This document shows, one piece after another, positions 17,145-26,144 of a DNA stretch of 53,192 bases (positions within the stretch are counted from its first letter, which is position 1; each line of letters opens with the position of its first letter). The stretch comes from a virus: the IMG/VR virus record IMGVR_UViG_3300045988_066337. One strand, given 5' to 3'. The notes beneath the pieces are model-generated. The model saw only the letters and a list, made by a program, of their open reading frames with translations, did not search any database and was not told the DNA's origin. The position numbers were made by a program, and so were the translations under genes.

Positions 17145-18412
17145 CAGTACTCCTCTTCCTCAGTCATTTCATAACGACGTCTTAATTCTTCTGAGCGTTC
17201 AGTATCGTCCAAATTACTGTCTTCACTAGGTACATATTCAAATCTACCTGTATCAATATCCCAGAAATAAGATAGTTTTATATTTGTGGCACTATTTCTA
17301 GATTTCTTTATTGCGAGTTGTAGCATATTGTCTTTCTGCTGCACAGAAAACACCAAGGAAGCATTAAATGCTATACCGTCGGAATCCCGTATATTTTCTA
17401 ATTCTAAATCTTCATTCCTCGCACCCTCTCTATTTGACTGAACAACTACAATAACAGGTATACCACAATCAATGGATAAATCCATTAAATCTTCGCTTAT
17501 ATTTGTCAACGAAATTGTTTTACTGTCCCCTCTTTGAGCTCGCTGATCTCTCATATAACTTATACCGTCAATAGCTAGTATATCTAACTCGTTAGCTTCC
17601 ACCCATGATTTTAATTTCTCTACTGTTACCTTTTTATTGAAATCTTTAGGGTGCGCAACATAAAATGGAGTATCAGATTTTTCTAGTTTCTGAATATAAC
17701 GACTATATCCACTTACATCCCCACCTTTTGTCAATTCTTTGTTTGAAATATTTTTATGCAGTGTATCAAATCTATAACCTGTTTTCACAGCAGACATTTC
17801 CGGCTCTAACAATCCTACACGCTTATTCATTTTCCATGCGTGCTCTAGCATCTTAATTGTTACCCAAGATTTACCCTGCCCCGTTCTCGCGAAAATAACA
17901 GCTAATTCTTCTCCACAATGTAATCCTTCAATAACTTCATCTAATTCTTGAAAACCTGTGGGTAAGTAGTACTTTTTTGGATTCTCACGTGTCTCTTCCC
18001 ATACCTTTAAACGATCGTTTGCATTATGTATGATATCTACACCTTTTTTAACACCTGTTATCTTTAAATTAGGTATCTGAGATTTTAAATAATCCACAGC
18101 CTCATACGAATCCGTTTGTAACAATTCTGCAAGCTTTGTTATTACAGGAACGGACATTCTATAAAGATATTCTTCTCTGAAAGTGGACACTAGATAATCA
18201 TCTTGCTCATCTACTTGTATTATGTCAAAATCCGGAAATTCTGACAGAAACGTTTCAATGTCTGGTATATTACCATATTGTCTTTTATGGCTTTCAATAA
18301 ACTCATATTCTTCTTTGTACTCGTTAAAGAATTCTTCTGTAATATCATTTGTCAGTAGTATTGAATCCGTTTTTTCTTTCAAGATACGATTTAATATCTG
18401 TAATTCGACCAT
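17144..18412 (-). CDS. dnaB: DnaB-like replicative helicase
   Basis: Walker A ARTGQGKSW; DnaB-like N-terminus; RecA-like C-terminal core (ILAIDGISYM, VVQSNREG). Confidence 0.8.
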   Translation of the reverse strand: MVELQILNRILKEKTDSILLTNDITEEFFNEYKEEYEFIESHKRQYGNIPDIETFLSEFPDFDIIQVDEQDDYLVSTFREEYLYRMSVPVITKLAELLQTDSYEAVDYLKSQIPNLKITGVKKGVDIIHNANDRLKVWEETRENPKKYYLPTGFQELDEVIEGLHCGEELAVIFARTGQGKSWVTIKMLEHAWKMNKRVGLLEPEMSAVKTGYRFDTLHKNISNKELTKGGDVSGYSRYIQKLEKSDTPFYVAHPKDFNKKVTVEKLKSWVEANELDILAIDGISYMRDQRAQRGDSKTISLTNISEDLMDLSIDCGIPVIVVVQSNREGARNEDLELENIRDSDGIAFNASLVFSVQQKDNMLQLAIKKSRNSATNIKLSYFWDIDTGRFEYVPSEDSNLDDTERSEELRRRYEMTEEEEY

Positions 18413-19079
18413 TTTTTAACCCTCGTTTATCCTCGTCTTTAAATTCAACTGTGTAACTACATCCCCACACCCTACTAGCTAACCTTTCTCCTAATTCTTT
18501 TTTAACATTTTGAACAGATGTATTAGCTGTAAATATATTGGATAATCCAGAGTTCATTCGAGTATCAATACTTTGCATCAATATTTGATGTTCATAACCT
18601 GTGAGATTCCCTGCACATATATCATCCCACACAACTAGATCAACAGTGTTTAAATCGTCACATAGTTGCTGAAATCCATCTAATGGGTGCGAGATATTTC
18701 TTTTACAATCATACAAAAATGTTGGCACACTGACAAACAATGCTTTTCTATTAAATCCTGATATATGCCAAATTGAATCAAGATAAGCTAACAACAATCT
18801 TACTGCCCAGCTAGTTTTTCCGTTACCACAATGATCGGAATAAATAAATATGTTTTTGCCATTTTTAACAAAATCGTATACATTATCTTCAATGTATTGT
18901 AATCTCATATATTCGTCTTTGTCAGAACCGCAGACTAACGGCTTGTCTTCCCATAAATGCTTTGGGAGATTGGAGAGAGTTAAAAGATTTGTTAAAATAC
19001 CTCTTTTAACACAACCTGTGTTGCAATTTAATTTACTTTTACCCTTGCATTTAGTTTCATAGAAGCAGCTAGTTAACAT
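18345..19079 (-). CDS. DnaC/IstB-like AAA+ helicase loader
   Basis: Walker A HCGNGKTSWAVRLL; Walker B DLVVWDD. The 3' end overlaps the dnaB start by 68 nt. Confidence 0.6.
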   Translation of the reverse strand: MLTSCFYETKCKGKSKLNCNTGCVKRGILTNLLTLSNLPKHLWEDKPLVCGSDKDEYMRLQYIEDNVYDFVKNGKNIFIYSDHCGNGKTSWAVRLLLAYLDSIWHISGFNRKALFVSVPTFLYDCKRNISHPLDGFQQLCDDLNTVDLVVWDDICAGNLTGYEHQILMQSIDTRMNSGLSNIFTANTSVQNVKKELGERLASRVWGCSYTVEFKDEDKRGLKNGRITDIKSYLERKNGFNTTDK

Positions 19080-19404
19080 CTTTCATCACCGCCTTTATAG
19101 AGTCATATTTATTATAAGACTCCGTAAGTCTATCAATAGTTTCTTGGTGAGATATTAAATAAGCTTCTAACACACCCAGTAACTCTCTAAACTCATCCAT
19201 TGTTTCTGGTATCCAGTATCCACAATATGGTGAGCTACATACTGGAATACCAGCGAGTCTCAAACTATGAATAACTTCTCTAAAATCTCTTGTTCTTATT
19301 CCTAGATTTGTAGATATCTCTTTCTGATACATAGCATTCTCTTTGCCTTTTGGAATTGCCTGTAATACTAATTTCTCAAATTCACTGATCTTCTTCATAT
19401 TCAT
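19069..19404 (-). CDS. Winged-helix DNA-binding protein, hypothetical
   Basis: MYQKEISTNLGIRTRDFREVIHSLRLAGIPV HTH-like segment. Confidence 0.5.
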   Translation of the reverse strand: MNMKKISEFEKLVLQAIPKGKENAMYQKEISTNLGIRTRDFREVIHSLRLAGIPVCSSPYCGYWIPETMDEFRELLGVLEAYLISHQETIDRLTESYNKYDSIKAVMKDVN

Positions 19405-19409
19405 ACCTC

Positions 19410-20306
19410 CTAAAATACGGTGGTGTTCGGGTCATTTAATAATTTTTCTAAATAAGCTTTTCTATCTTCTTCTGTTTTATGTGTTCCACCTTCCCAATAA
19501 ATACTTGGGTCTTTTTTACAATTACCATTATCCTTGCGCAACCAATCTGGATTTACATTCGTGTATCCCATATCTAAAGATAGCTGTACAGCATTTAATT
19601 GAGTCTTTTTATCTACCTTTGCTAATTTAGCTAAAATAGCCTTTACTTTGTCATCTGTAACTAGTCTATTATCTTCTAAAAGATTCCTGAAGAATCTACT
19701 TAAAAGTTCTATAACTTCATCTTCTAAATCATATTCTAAACATTTCTTTTCTATAGATTCAATTTTAGTATCTATTTTAGACTTCTTCTTAGAATTTTTC
19801 TTTATATTATCTTTAGTATTTTGTTTTAAGTTATTATTTATATTATTATTAGTGTAAGGATTCCTTAGATCTTGTTGTAAGGATTCCTTAGATCTTGTTG
19901 TAGGGTTTTCTAATGTCTTGTTGTAAGGATTCCTTAGATCTTGTTGTAAGGATTCCTTAGATCTTGTTGTAAGGATTTTTTCACTACTTAGGACTGAAAA
20001 TATATTATTTTCATTTATCTTATAATATGTTTTTGACGGCATTCCTTTTAATTCAGTTTCAATTATGCCTAATTCTTTTAATTTTTTTATGGCCGTTCTT
20101 TGCTCTGTTTCTGTTAGCCCTGTATTATATTTTATTTTTTCACGGGTGCAAAAAAACATTTCATTATCAAGTTGACCCTTAGTTAAATAAAAATTATATT
20201 CTGAACATAAATACCCAAGTAATATAGCTGGATTTGTTCCGATTGTTCGGGCTAATTTTTTGTTATAAATTATAAAACCATCTGTACTCAATAAATCTGT
20301 TATCAT
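19410..20306 (-). CDS. Replication initiator / replisome organiser (N-terminal wHTH) containing the iteron array
   Basis: wHTH N-terminus; internal protein repeat TTRSKESLQQDLRNPY x2 encoded by the 23-bp tandem repeats; sits upstream of the loader and helicase. Confidence 0.55.
   Translation of the reverse strand: MITDLLSTDGFIIYNKKLARTIGTNPAILLGYLCSEYNFYLTKGQLDNEMFFCTREKIKYNTGLTETEQRTAIKKLKELGIIETELKGMPSKTYYKINENNIFSVLSSEKILTTRSKESLQQDLRNPYNKTLENPTTRSKESLQQDLRNPYTNNNINNNLKQNTKDNIKKNSKKKSKIDTKIESIEKKCLEYDLEDEVIELLSRFFRNLLEDNRLVTDDKVKAILAKLAKVDKKTQLNAVQLSLDMGYTNVNPDWLRKDNGNCKKDPSIYWEGGTHKTEEDRKAYLEKLLNDPNTTVF
19855..19977. repeat. Iteron array: five 23-bp tandem repeats plus a partial sixth (TAAGGATTCCTTAGATCTTGTTG; third copy degenerate); putative phage origin
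   Basis: Copies at 19855, 19878, 19901 (degenerate), 19924 and 19947, partial copy at 19970. Each holds the palindromes AAGGATTCCTT and AGATCT. Confidence 0.8.
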
Positions 20307-20307
20307 A

Positions 20308-20625
20308 TTATTCTCCTTTCTGAATAACTGCTTTATAAGCGCATCCAGTTAAATAACCATTTTCGTCATAGTCTTTTCTTTTTGTTATCAATTCTTTATT
20401 AACTAAATTATTTATTGTAGATATAACGCTCTGTCGGGAACACCCGCACCACTCAGAAAAATACTTATGTTGTGTGGTAAACCAACATTTTCCAGCGTTC
20501 GACCTATCAAATATCAAAGCATATATTAAAAGTTCATTCCCCTTTAAATCTAGTTCTTCACGCATCCACTTAGATATTATTATGAATGTCTCTTCTTTTT
20601 TAATATTAACATTTTCCATTTTCAT
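20308..20625 (-). CDS. Winged-helix protein of the replication module, hypothetical
   Basis: LLIYALIFDRS...CSRQSVISTINNLVNKELI HTH; GAAAGGAGAATGAAAATG start. Confidence 0.55.
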   Translation of the reverse strand: MKMENVNIKKEETFIIISKWMREELDLKGNELLIYALIFDRSNAGKCWFTTQHKYFSEWCGCSRQSVISTINNLVNKELITKRKDYDENGYLTGCAYKAVIQKGE

Positions 20626-20643
20626 TCTCCTTTCAATTAAAAA

Positions 20644-20789
20644 ATCCTTGTCATAAATAGATGTACCTTTCTTTTTTAATCAGTTGCGAGTTGAATAAAA
20701 AAGTTGGTTGTGTACAAAAAGGTACACCTATTTATAACAAGGATAATTGTTATACATTATTAAATTATACTATTATTCAACTCGCAACT
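20644..20789 (-). ncRNA. Structured 5' leader with two interleaved long stems (candidate attenuator or riboregulator)
   Basis: Perfect 17-bp pairing of 20682-20698 with 20773-20789. A 27-bp pairing of 20644-20670 with 20718-20744 has two mismatches, both G-U on the minus-strand RNA, and is followed by U5. Local hairpins at 20710-20727 and 20734-20753. Confidence 0.5.
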
Positions 20790-20791
20790 AT

Positions 20792-20820
20792 ATTGTAACA
20801 CATCAATTACTGAAAATCAA
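20792..20820 (-). promoter_or_regulatory. SigA-type promoter, TTGATT-17-TACAAT with TGT extended -10
   Basis: Reverse complement reads TTGATT TTCAGTAATTGATGTGT TACAAT. Confidence 0.55.
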
Positions 20821-20823
20821 TAC

Positions 20824-21375
20824 CTAATACTGTAAATCTTCAACCTGTTTATCAATTTCGGCGTTGAGTTCTGCCCACAGCTGTTCCTGAATGTCAGAAA
20901 CATTTCCTTCATAGCTAGAAACATCTAATTCCTTCTCTGCTACAAATTTGAAATAGTTATCTCCTTTCTTAACAGTAGCTCCAGAAGTGAATCTAATAGA
21001 GGTTACTTTCACACCATCAGTCTTTTCTTCTTTCTTTGAAATAGACTGTACTTTTTCAGGTTTTTCCGAATCTTTACCGCCTGTCTCTTTTTTAGCCTTT
21101 GGCTTTGTCTTGGTTGTTTCTTTTTTCTTTGTTTTCTTCTCGGGTTTAGGTTCTGGCTCAGCAGTAGGATTTTCATCTGGTTCAAAAGGTGGTTCTTCTT
21201 CAGCTTCCGTATCTGTACAATTTTCAGATTCATTTACAGGTACATCTTCAGTTCCTTCTTCATAACCTGCACACTGATCACACGGTATCATATTACCATC
21301 CACTTCCATTTCAATACCATCACAGCTCTTGCAATACTCATCTTCTTTATCAAACGCATACTTACAAATTTTCAT
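20824..21375 (-). CDS. Hypothetical protein: N-terminal Cys cluster, Glu/Lys/Pro low-complexity centre
   Basis: CKYAFDKEDEYCKSCDG...CDQCAG followed by PEPKPEKKTKKKETTKTKPKAKKE. Confidence 0.6.
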   Translation of the reverse strand: MKICKYAFDKEDEYCKSCDGIEMEVDGNMIPCDQCAGYEEGTEDVPVNESENCTDTEAEEEPPFEPDENPTAEPEPKPEKKTKKKETTKTKPKAKKETGGKDSEKPEKVQSISKKEEKTDGVKVTSIRFTSGATVKKGDNYFKFVAEKELDVSSYEGNVSDIQEQLWAELNAEIDKQVEDLQY

Positions 21376-21451
21376 GTTTTTTCCTCCTTTAATATAAAAC
21401 TACCATAATATGATTAAACTCCGTTAGAAGTTAATCTCGTGCGTTACAACA

Positions 21452-21859
21452 CTATTTAATTTTAGATACTCTAAGTGTTGTCACTTCTTTACCAACAACT
21501 TTACAGCTTTCTAATTTAGTTATATCGAAGTCACCATTGTATACAAGAGTTTCTAAAGCATCGTCATCAATATACTCTCGAGTCTTAACAACGGACTTGA
21601 AATCTGTTTCTGATAGATTTTCTTTTAGTATTCCAATTGCTTTAGCTTCATTTAAAATTTCCTTTTGAGTTGTCGAAATAATAGCTGTCCACTTATCAGA
21701 TGAAAACTTACGAATACCCATAGTATTCATGAGATATTTTATGTGCTTGTTAAGATCTTCACTTACTTTGTGAAGTTTACTCTCGCTATCTTTATACTCT
21801 TTGTACTGATCTAATTTAAACGCTAACTCCTGTTCTTTTGTTTTTCCTCCCCTACTCAT
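21452..21859 (-). CDS. Hypothetical protein
   Basis: ORF 21452-21874; the ATG at 21859 (MSRGGK...) follows GAGAGGGA and overlaps the upstream stop. Confidence 0.55.
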   Translation of the reverse strand: MSRGGKTKEQELAFKLDQYKEYKDSESKLHKVSEDLNKHIKYLMNTMGIRKFSSDKWTAIISTTQKEILNEAKAIGILKENLSETDFKSVVKTREYIDDDALETLVYNGDFDITKLESCKVVGKEVTTLRVSKIK

Positions 21860-22169
21860 CACTATCCCTCTCATTCTTTTTAGCTTCTAGCCGCTTCGTA
21901 CCATAAGCCCCCCACTGCCAGTAAGCATTGAACTCCGCCATGCAGCCTTTATACTTGCCTTGCAAGTCTTCATGAAACTGCTGTAGTTTGGCAATGTCTT
22001 TTTGTTCAAATAACATCGTCTTTCTATTATCCGTGGTATATTCAGGCAATTTCAATTCTGGGGGTTTTTCGTAATCTGGATTCTCATACCATTTATACCA
22101 TCGTTTAATAGTTGTTGTTGATAAATCTAATATCTGTGCAACTTTGGACACACTGAATTTCTCCATCAA
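21852..22169 (-). CDS. HTH DNA-binding protein (MerR/excisionase-like)
   Basis: FSVSKVAQILDLSTTTIKRWYKWY; AAAGGAGGAATTTG-ATG; first gene after the promoter at 22200-22228. Confidence 0.6.
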   Translation of the reverse strand: MMEKFSVSKVAQILDLSTTTIKRWYKWYENPDYEKPPELKLPEYTTDNRKTMLFEQKDIAKLQQFHEDLQGKYKGCMAEFNAYWQWGAYGTKRLEAKKNERDSDE

Positions 22170-22199
22170 ATTCCTCCTTTACTTATTTTTTATACTTTT

Positions 22200-22228
22200 A
22201 TTGTAATACATAAGAACCCAGATGTCAA
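22200..22228 (-). promoter_or_regulatory. SigA-type promoter, TTGACA-17-TACAAT (box variant TTATGTATTACAAT)
   Basis: Reverse complement reads TTGACA TCTGGGTTCTTATGTAT TACAAT; abuts the SNF2 stop codon. Confidence 0.55.
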
Positions 22229-23944
22229 TTACGAAATTAAATAATTTATATCCTGAATACTTATTTTACCGTCAACTAATGCATCTGACATTGCACCCTT
22301 TTTATATACAATATCCTCAATACGTTCATCTATTGTATCTCTACAGCATAATGTAATTATATTTACTGTACCCTTTGTACCTATACGATGAGCTCTGTCT
22401 TCTGCTTGATCTTTTAAAGCTCTGTTCCAAGGGCTGTCTAAGAATATAACAGTTTGTGCCGCAGTTAGAGTTAACCCAGTACCCATAGCACCAATAGTCC
22501 CTATAATCACTTTACAGTTATCATCATTTTGAAATCTGTATATTTCTTGCATACGCTCTTCAGATTTTGTCTCACCTGTGATGTATGCAGGATTATATTT
22601 TTTAAGCAACTGTTTAGCAACTTGTGTGATTTCTGACCAGTTACTAAATATGATACATTTCTGATTTGACTGCACTAAATCTTCAACTAATTCCAGCATT
22701 CTCTCCATTTTAGCCGACTCCGCTACGTTGTCGCTTAGAATACCTGTCCAACCTGTAGCTTGTCTTAGTCTAATTAGCATTGAAAGTGGGTTATTTGACA
22801 TTTTGATCTTATTTATATTGTTCTTAACACCCATAACAGCTTCATCGTAAATTTTCTTTTGTTTAGGTGTCATATCTACAAATTCAGTTTGACGTATCTT
22901 TTCTGGTAGGTCTAACACTTCTGTCTTTAGTCGTCTCAGCATTAGTTCATCCATCATAGATCGTATTTCATTAAGATTCTTATAACCTACGACTTCAGAT
23001 CCGCCCCATCCGCCTAATCTACAGAAATGCTGCTTGAATTGGTAAAAGCTATGCTGCTCGTAACCTAACCAATGAAGTGGGAAGTATAAGTCAAGTGGGT
23101 TATTCATCAAAGGTGTACCACTCATTGCTACCATATAATCTGCCCTCAACAATGCCATAGCTCGACTCTGTAACGCTGTAGGATTTTTAGATTTATGGCA
23201 CTCATCAAAAGCTATTACACTAATCACACCACGGTTACATAAGTCTCTTATCTTCTCTGCTACAGGAAAAGTATATTTTGTCTTAGATATTTTTTTAGAA
23301 CCAGCTCTTAATGTTTCAATATTTGTTATGATATAACGACAATCAGGAAGATTATTCAAATCTTCTAATTTATCGGCAGCATTACCTTCATATTGTTTAC
23401 CCGTAGTTTTTCTAAATCTTGTTCCGAGTACCCAACCTTTTTCATCTGAATGTTTTTCAATTTCTTCTTCCCAGTTATATTTCAAAGAGTTAACACCACA
23501 AACAATGAGCACCTTATTTATTTTTTCCGTCTGCTCTAAAGCTCGGCACCAGTTAATTATCTGAAAAGTTTTTCCAAGACCTTGATCATCACACAATAAG
23601 AATTTTTTCTTTTTCAGTGCAAATCTAACACCGTCAATTTGATGTGGAAATGGTTTTGTTTTAAATGTAAATCCTGGAGGAAGTTCAGCATTAAATCTCT
23701 CAGAATCTAAATCTTCGTATACTCCAGAAATTGTAATATTTTCATCTTCAAATTTATTGCAAAAACCTATAATAGAATTTATGGGCACTTCCCATACATG
23801 AGTATCCGGATCGTATTTTCTAATGCTCATGTTTTTGATGTAATTTATAATTTCAGCTTTGTATGGAAAAGAAATGAAAGCTGATTTTTTAACAACAATA
23901 TTGTCGGAGAGCTTTTTCGGCTCTCCTATGTGTATTCTAATCAT
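22229..23944 (-). CDS. SNF2-family helicase/translocase
   Basis: DDQGLGKT (motif I), DECH (motif II), C-terminal helicase motifs (GTGLTLTAAQTVIFLD, QAEDRAHRIG). Confidence 0.85.
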   Translation of the reverse strand: MIRIHIGEPKKLSDNIVVKKSAFISFPYKAEIINYIKNMSIRKYDPDTHVWEVPINSIIGFCNKFEDENITISGVYEDLDSERFNAELPPGFTFKTKPFPHQIDGVRFALKKKKFLLCDDQGLGKTFQIINWCRALEQTEKINKVLIVCGVNSLKYNWEEEIEKHSDEKGWVLGTRFRKTTGKQYEGNAADKLEDLNNLPDCRYIITNIETLRAGSKKISKTKYTFPVAEKIRDLCNRGVISVIAFDECHKSKNPTALQSRAMALLRADYMVAMSGTPLMNNPLDLYFPLHWLGYEQHSFYQFKQHFCRLGGWGGSEVVGYKNLNEIRSMMDELMLRRLKTEVLDLPEKIRQTEFVDMTPKQKKIYDEAVMGVKNNINKIKMSNNPLSMLIRLRQATGWTGILSDNVAESAKMERMLELVEDLVQSNQKCIIFSNWSEITQVAKQLLKKYNPAYITGETKSEERMQEIYRFQNDDNCKVIIGTIGAMGTGLTLTAAQTVIFLDSPWNRALKDQAEDRAHRIGTKGTVNIITLCCRDTIDERIEDIVYKKGAMSDALVDGKISIQDINYLIS

Positions 23945-23960
23945 TTACTATTTCCTCCTT

Positions 23961-24272
23961 TTAGCAAGAACAATGACATCTAACTTTTTTATAAGATGTA
24001 TATTTTCTTCCTTTACAGATATCAATATATACATCTAATATTGGGTATACGATTTCTCCGTTTGTGTTTTCAACTGGTTCGGTACTTTGAAAAGTTCTCA
24101 AATAAGTTGATGTACATTTAGTTTTCATATTGTAATGATGTTTATCCCCCCAAGGTCTAAATGTACAATCGCCTATTTTTATGTCATCCAAACTTTCTGC
24201 AACTGTCATGACTTTATCTAAATGTTTCCACCATTTTTCGAGTTCCTTCTGTAATGTGAATGACTGTATCAT
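23961..24272 (-). CDS. Hypothetical protein
   Basis: The ORF-track start at 24332 lies upstream of the predicted TSS; AGAAAGGAAAT RBS favours the ATG at 24272 (MIQSFTLQ...). Confidence 0.55.
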   Translation of the reverse strand: MIQSFTLQKELEKWWKHLDKVMTVAESLDDIKIGDCTFRPWGDKHHYNMKTKCTSTYLRTFQSTEPVENTNGEIVYPILDVYIDICKGRKYTSYKKVRCHCSC

Positions 24273-24320
24273 TTTATTTATTTCCTTTCTATGTGTATAT
24301 GTTATCTTTACTTCTCTTTT

Positions 24321-24349
24321 ATTGTAACACATAAGAATATAAAAGTCAA
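24321..24349 (-). promoter_or_regulatory. SigA-type promoter, TTGACT-17-TACAAT with TGT extended -10
   Basis: Reverse complement reads TTGACT TTTATATTCTTATGTGT TACAAT. Confidence 0.6.
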
Positions 24350-24379
24350 CAAAAAAAAGAGGATATTATATACCCTCTT
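24350..24379 (-). terminator. Rho-independent terminator closing the 24.4-26.9 kb unit
   Basis: AAGAGG...CCTCTT hairpin plus a T8-9 run on the minus strand, immediately after the stop at 24380. Confidence 0.65.
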
Positions 24380-24721
24380 TTAAATAATAGTAGGACTAAA
24401 TGCTTGATTTAATTTATCTGGTAAACTATTAAATAATTCTTTTTCTTGCGGAGATGTACAGCTGTAATACAATTCTCCTAACATTCTAATAACGGAGTTC
24501 AACATAATGTTCAGATTTGATGGATTTTTATTTTGTGCATAGGTAATAAACAATCTACCAATATCTGTTATCATCTCATCCACATTGCTGTCGGGTACTA
24601 AATCGAAGTTGTCCATCTTATTAATTTCCGCGAGAATCAGAAATGCTTCAACATCAAAACCTTTCGTAAGCTGACGTTCCGCTAGTTGTTTAGCTACAGG
24701 TATGGACTCTTCAAAAGTCAT
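24380..24721 (-). CDS. Hypothetical protein
   Basis: AGGTGGTGA RBS favours the ATG at 24721 (MTFEESIP...). Confidence 0.55.
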   Translation of the reverse strand: MTFEESIPVAKQLAERQLTKGFDVEAFLILAEINKMDNFDLVPDSNVDEMITDIGRLFITYAQNKNPSNLNIMLNSVIRMLGELYYSCTSPQEKELFNSLPDKLNQAFSPTII

Positions 24722-24732
24722 GTAATCACCAC

Positions 24733-25032
24733 CTACATTGCTAACATAGTTTTTATCCAAGCAGATTTTTCAACATATTTTTCATGAGACTTGTCCCATG
24801 TTTCCTGCATTTTAGTTGTGGGTTTGAACACTTCGTTTAATTTTTCAATTTCCTGAATGGCACGTTCATGTAAATACATAGCATGCTTTAATTCATCATT
24901 AGCCATTTCTTTATATCGGTTTGCCCAAGGCATATCTCCAGCAGCTTTGCATTCTACATATTTTTCCGCATATTCTTTTGCACCACACAACTCTTCATCT
25001 ATATGTTCCACATATTTTTTAATTTTAGTCAT
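24733..25032 (-). CDS. Hypothetical helical protein
   Basis: AGAGGTGATACAA-ATG at 25032 (MTKIKKYVEHIDEE...). Confidence 0.55.
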   Translation of the reverse strand: MTKIKKYVEHIDEELCGAKEYAEKYVECKAAGDMPWANRYKEMANDELKHAMYLHERAIQEIEKLNEVFKPTTKMQETWDKSHEKYVEKSAWIKTMLAM

Positions 25033-25043
25033 TTGTATCACCT

Positions 25044-25454
25044 CTAGCAAATTTTAGTGATGACAACATTAGAATCACCTACAACTTCAACGCCTGTATT
25101 CACAAACTGAATAGTCGTTGGGGCATCACAGCATTTGCAGGAATTGTTATCTTTAACCTGAACTAGTGTGGAGATGCTAACAGATTTAGATTCTGTAGTA
25201 GCTGCGCCGACAACCGTTCTAACAGCCTGAGGCTGTGCCACACCATTTTTCAGCATCTGTGTTACTATATTTCCAGCAGTTGAAGCTAAATATTCTCCTT
25301 CAAAGATGATCTCATACACGCCACATTTATTAAGCTGTATAGTATTAGTACCTGTCAATTCTGCAGTGCAACCTTTTCTCAGTGCTTGTGAAGTAAACGG
25401 CACAAGACCACTTGTAGCAGGTATTGTCTGATTTTTTGAATAAACTTCTAACAT
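25044..25454 (-). CDS. BclA C-terminal-domain-like (C1q/TNF-like jelly-roll) protein
   Basis: Pattern VPF..(n)..G.YEI.F.......I...L.NG......S.S.L.V....I.F.N.G....N..ITKI resembles the BclA-CTD fold family from memory. Confidence 0.4.
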   Translation of the reverse strand: MLEVYSKNQTIPATSGLVPFTSQALRKGCTAELTGTNTIQLNKCGVYEIIFEGEYLASTAGNIVTQMLKNGVAQPQAVRTVVGAATTESKSVSISTLVQVKDNNSCKCCDAPTTIQFVNTGVEVVGDSNVVITKIC

Positions 25455-25470
25455 TTTTACTCTCCTTTCA

Positions 25471-25497
25471 ATTTAAAAGGGATGCATTAAGCACCCC
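25471..25497 (-). terminator. Internal rho-independent terminator/attenuator
   Basis: Minus strand GGGGUGC-UUAAU-GCAUCCC followed by UUUUAAAUU. Confidence 0.55.
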
Positions 25498-25544
25498 TTT
25501 TATCAGGCGTACTAAATACGCTCAGTTATTTTTTTTTGAAACTC

Positions 25545-26144
25545 TTAAACGTTTCCACATCCGCACCCACAGCCATTAAAATAAGGGTTCATTCCTGCAC
25601 TAAATGTGGTAGCATTAGGGTATCTAACTACACCACACATTGCAGACTGAAGCTGTAACTGGTTAACCTGTGCCTGGAGATTTTCGATTTTATTCTGTGC
25701 CATAGCATCCAGAATCTTCTGAGTCTGTTCCGTGGTATTAGCATTAATTGCCGCTGTGTTGATAGCGTTATTATAGTTAACACCATCAATAGCTCTTTGA
25801 GTTGTGCAACAACAATCAGCAAGCTGAGACTGCAGTCCATTGAAATTTCTGAGGGATTCATACCCCATATTGCAAATACCATTCTGTAATCCCTGATAGT
25901 CATGCTGGAGATTGTCGTTTAATCTACCTACAGCATTTTCCAGGTTGTTAAAATTCATTGCATTACAGAGTCCAGCTTCGGTAACTGGTTCACCATTTGT
26001 TCTGTTGTTACCGAAGAATCCACCGCCTCCGATCAGCAACAGAATCAGCAGTGCGAAAATCCACATTCCACCACCATTTCCGTCAAACATACCGTCTTTG
26101 CCTGTCACAGCAGCGATATCACTTAAAGAAACACCAGTATCCAT
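25545..26144 (-). CDS. Membrane-anchored Cys/Asn/Gln-rich protein, hypothetical
   Basis: TM segment MWIFALLILLLIGGGGFFG; coiled-coil-like Q/N-rich region; CCC triplet; C-terminal GCGCGCGNV. Confidence 0.6.
   Translation of the reverse strand: MDTGVSLSDIAAVTGKDGMFDGNGGGMWIFALLILLLIGGGGFFGNNRTNGEPVTEAGLCNAMNFNNLENAVGRLNDNLQHDYQGLQNGICNMGYESLRNFNGLQSQLADCCCTTQRAIDGVNYNNAINTAAINANTTEQTQKILDAMAQNKIENLQAQVNQLQLQSAMCGVVRYPNATTFSAGMNPYFNGCGCGCGNV

Noticed and set aside
18345-18412. The 68-nt overlap between the loader 3' end and the dnaB 5' end as evidence of a frameshift or pseudogene
   Set aside because: Both reading frames are intact with complete motifs, and the dnaB N-terminus looks native. 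The overlap is unusual but does not require an error, so it is noted without being called a pseudogene.
19855-19977. Possible CRISPR array
   Set aside because: The 23-bp units are directly tandem with no spacers and lie inside a coding sequence. They are interpreted as origin iterons.
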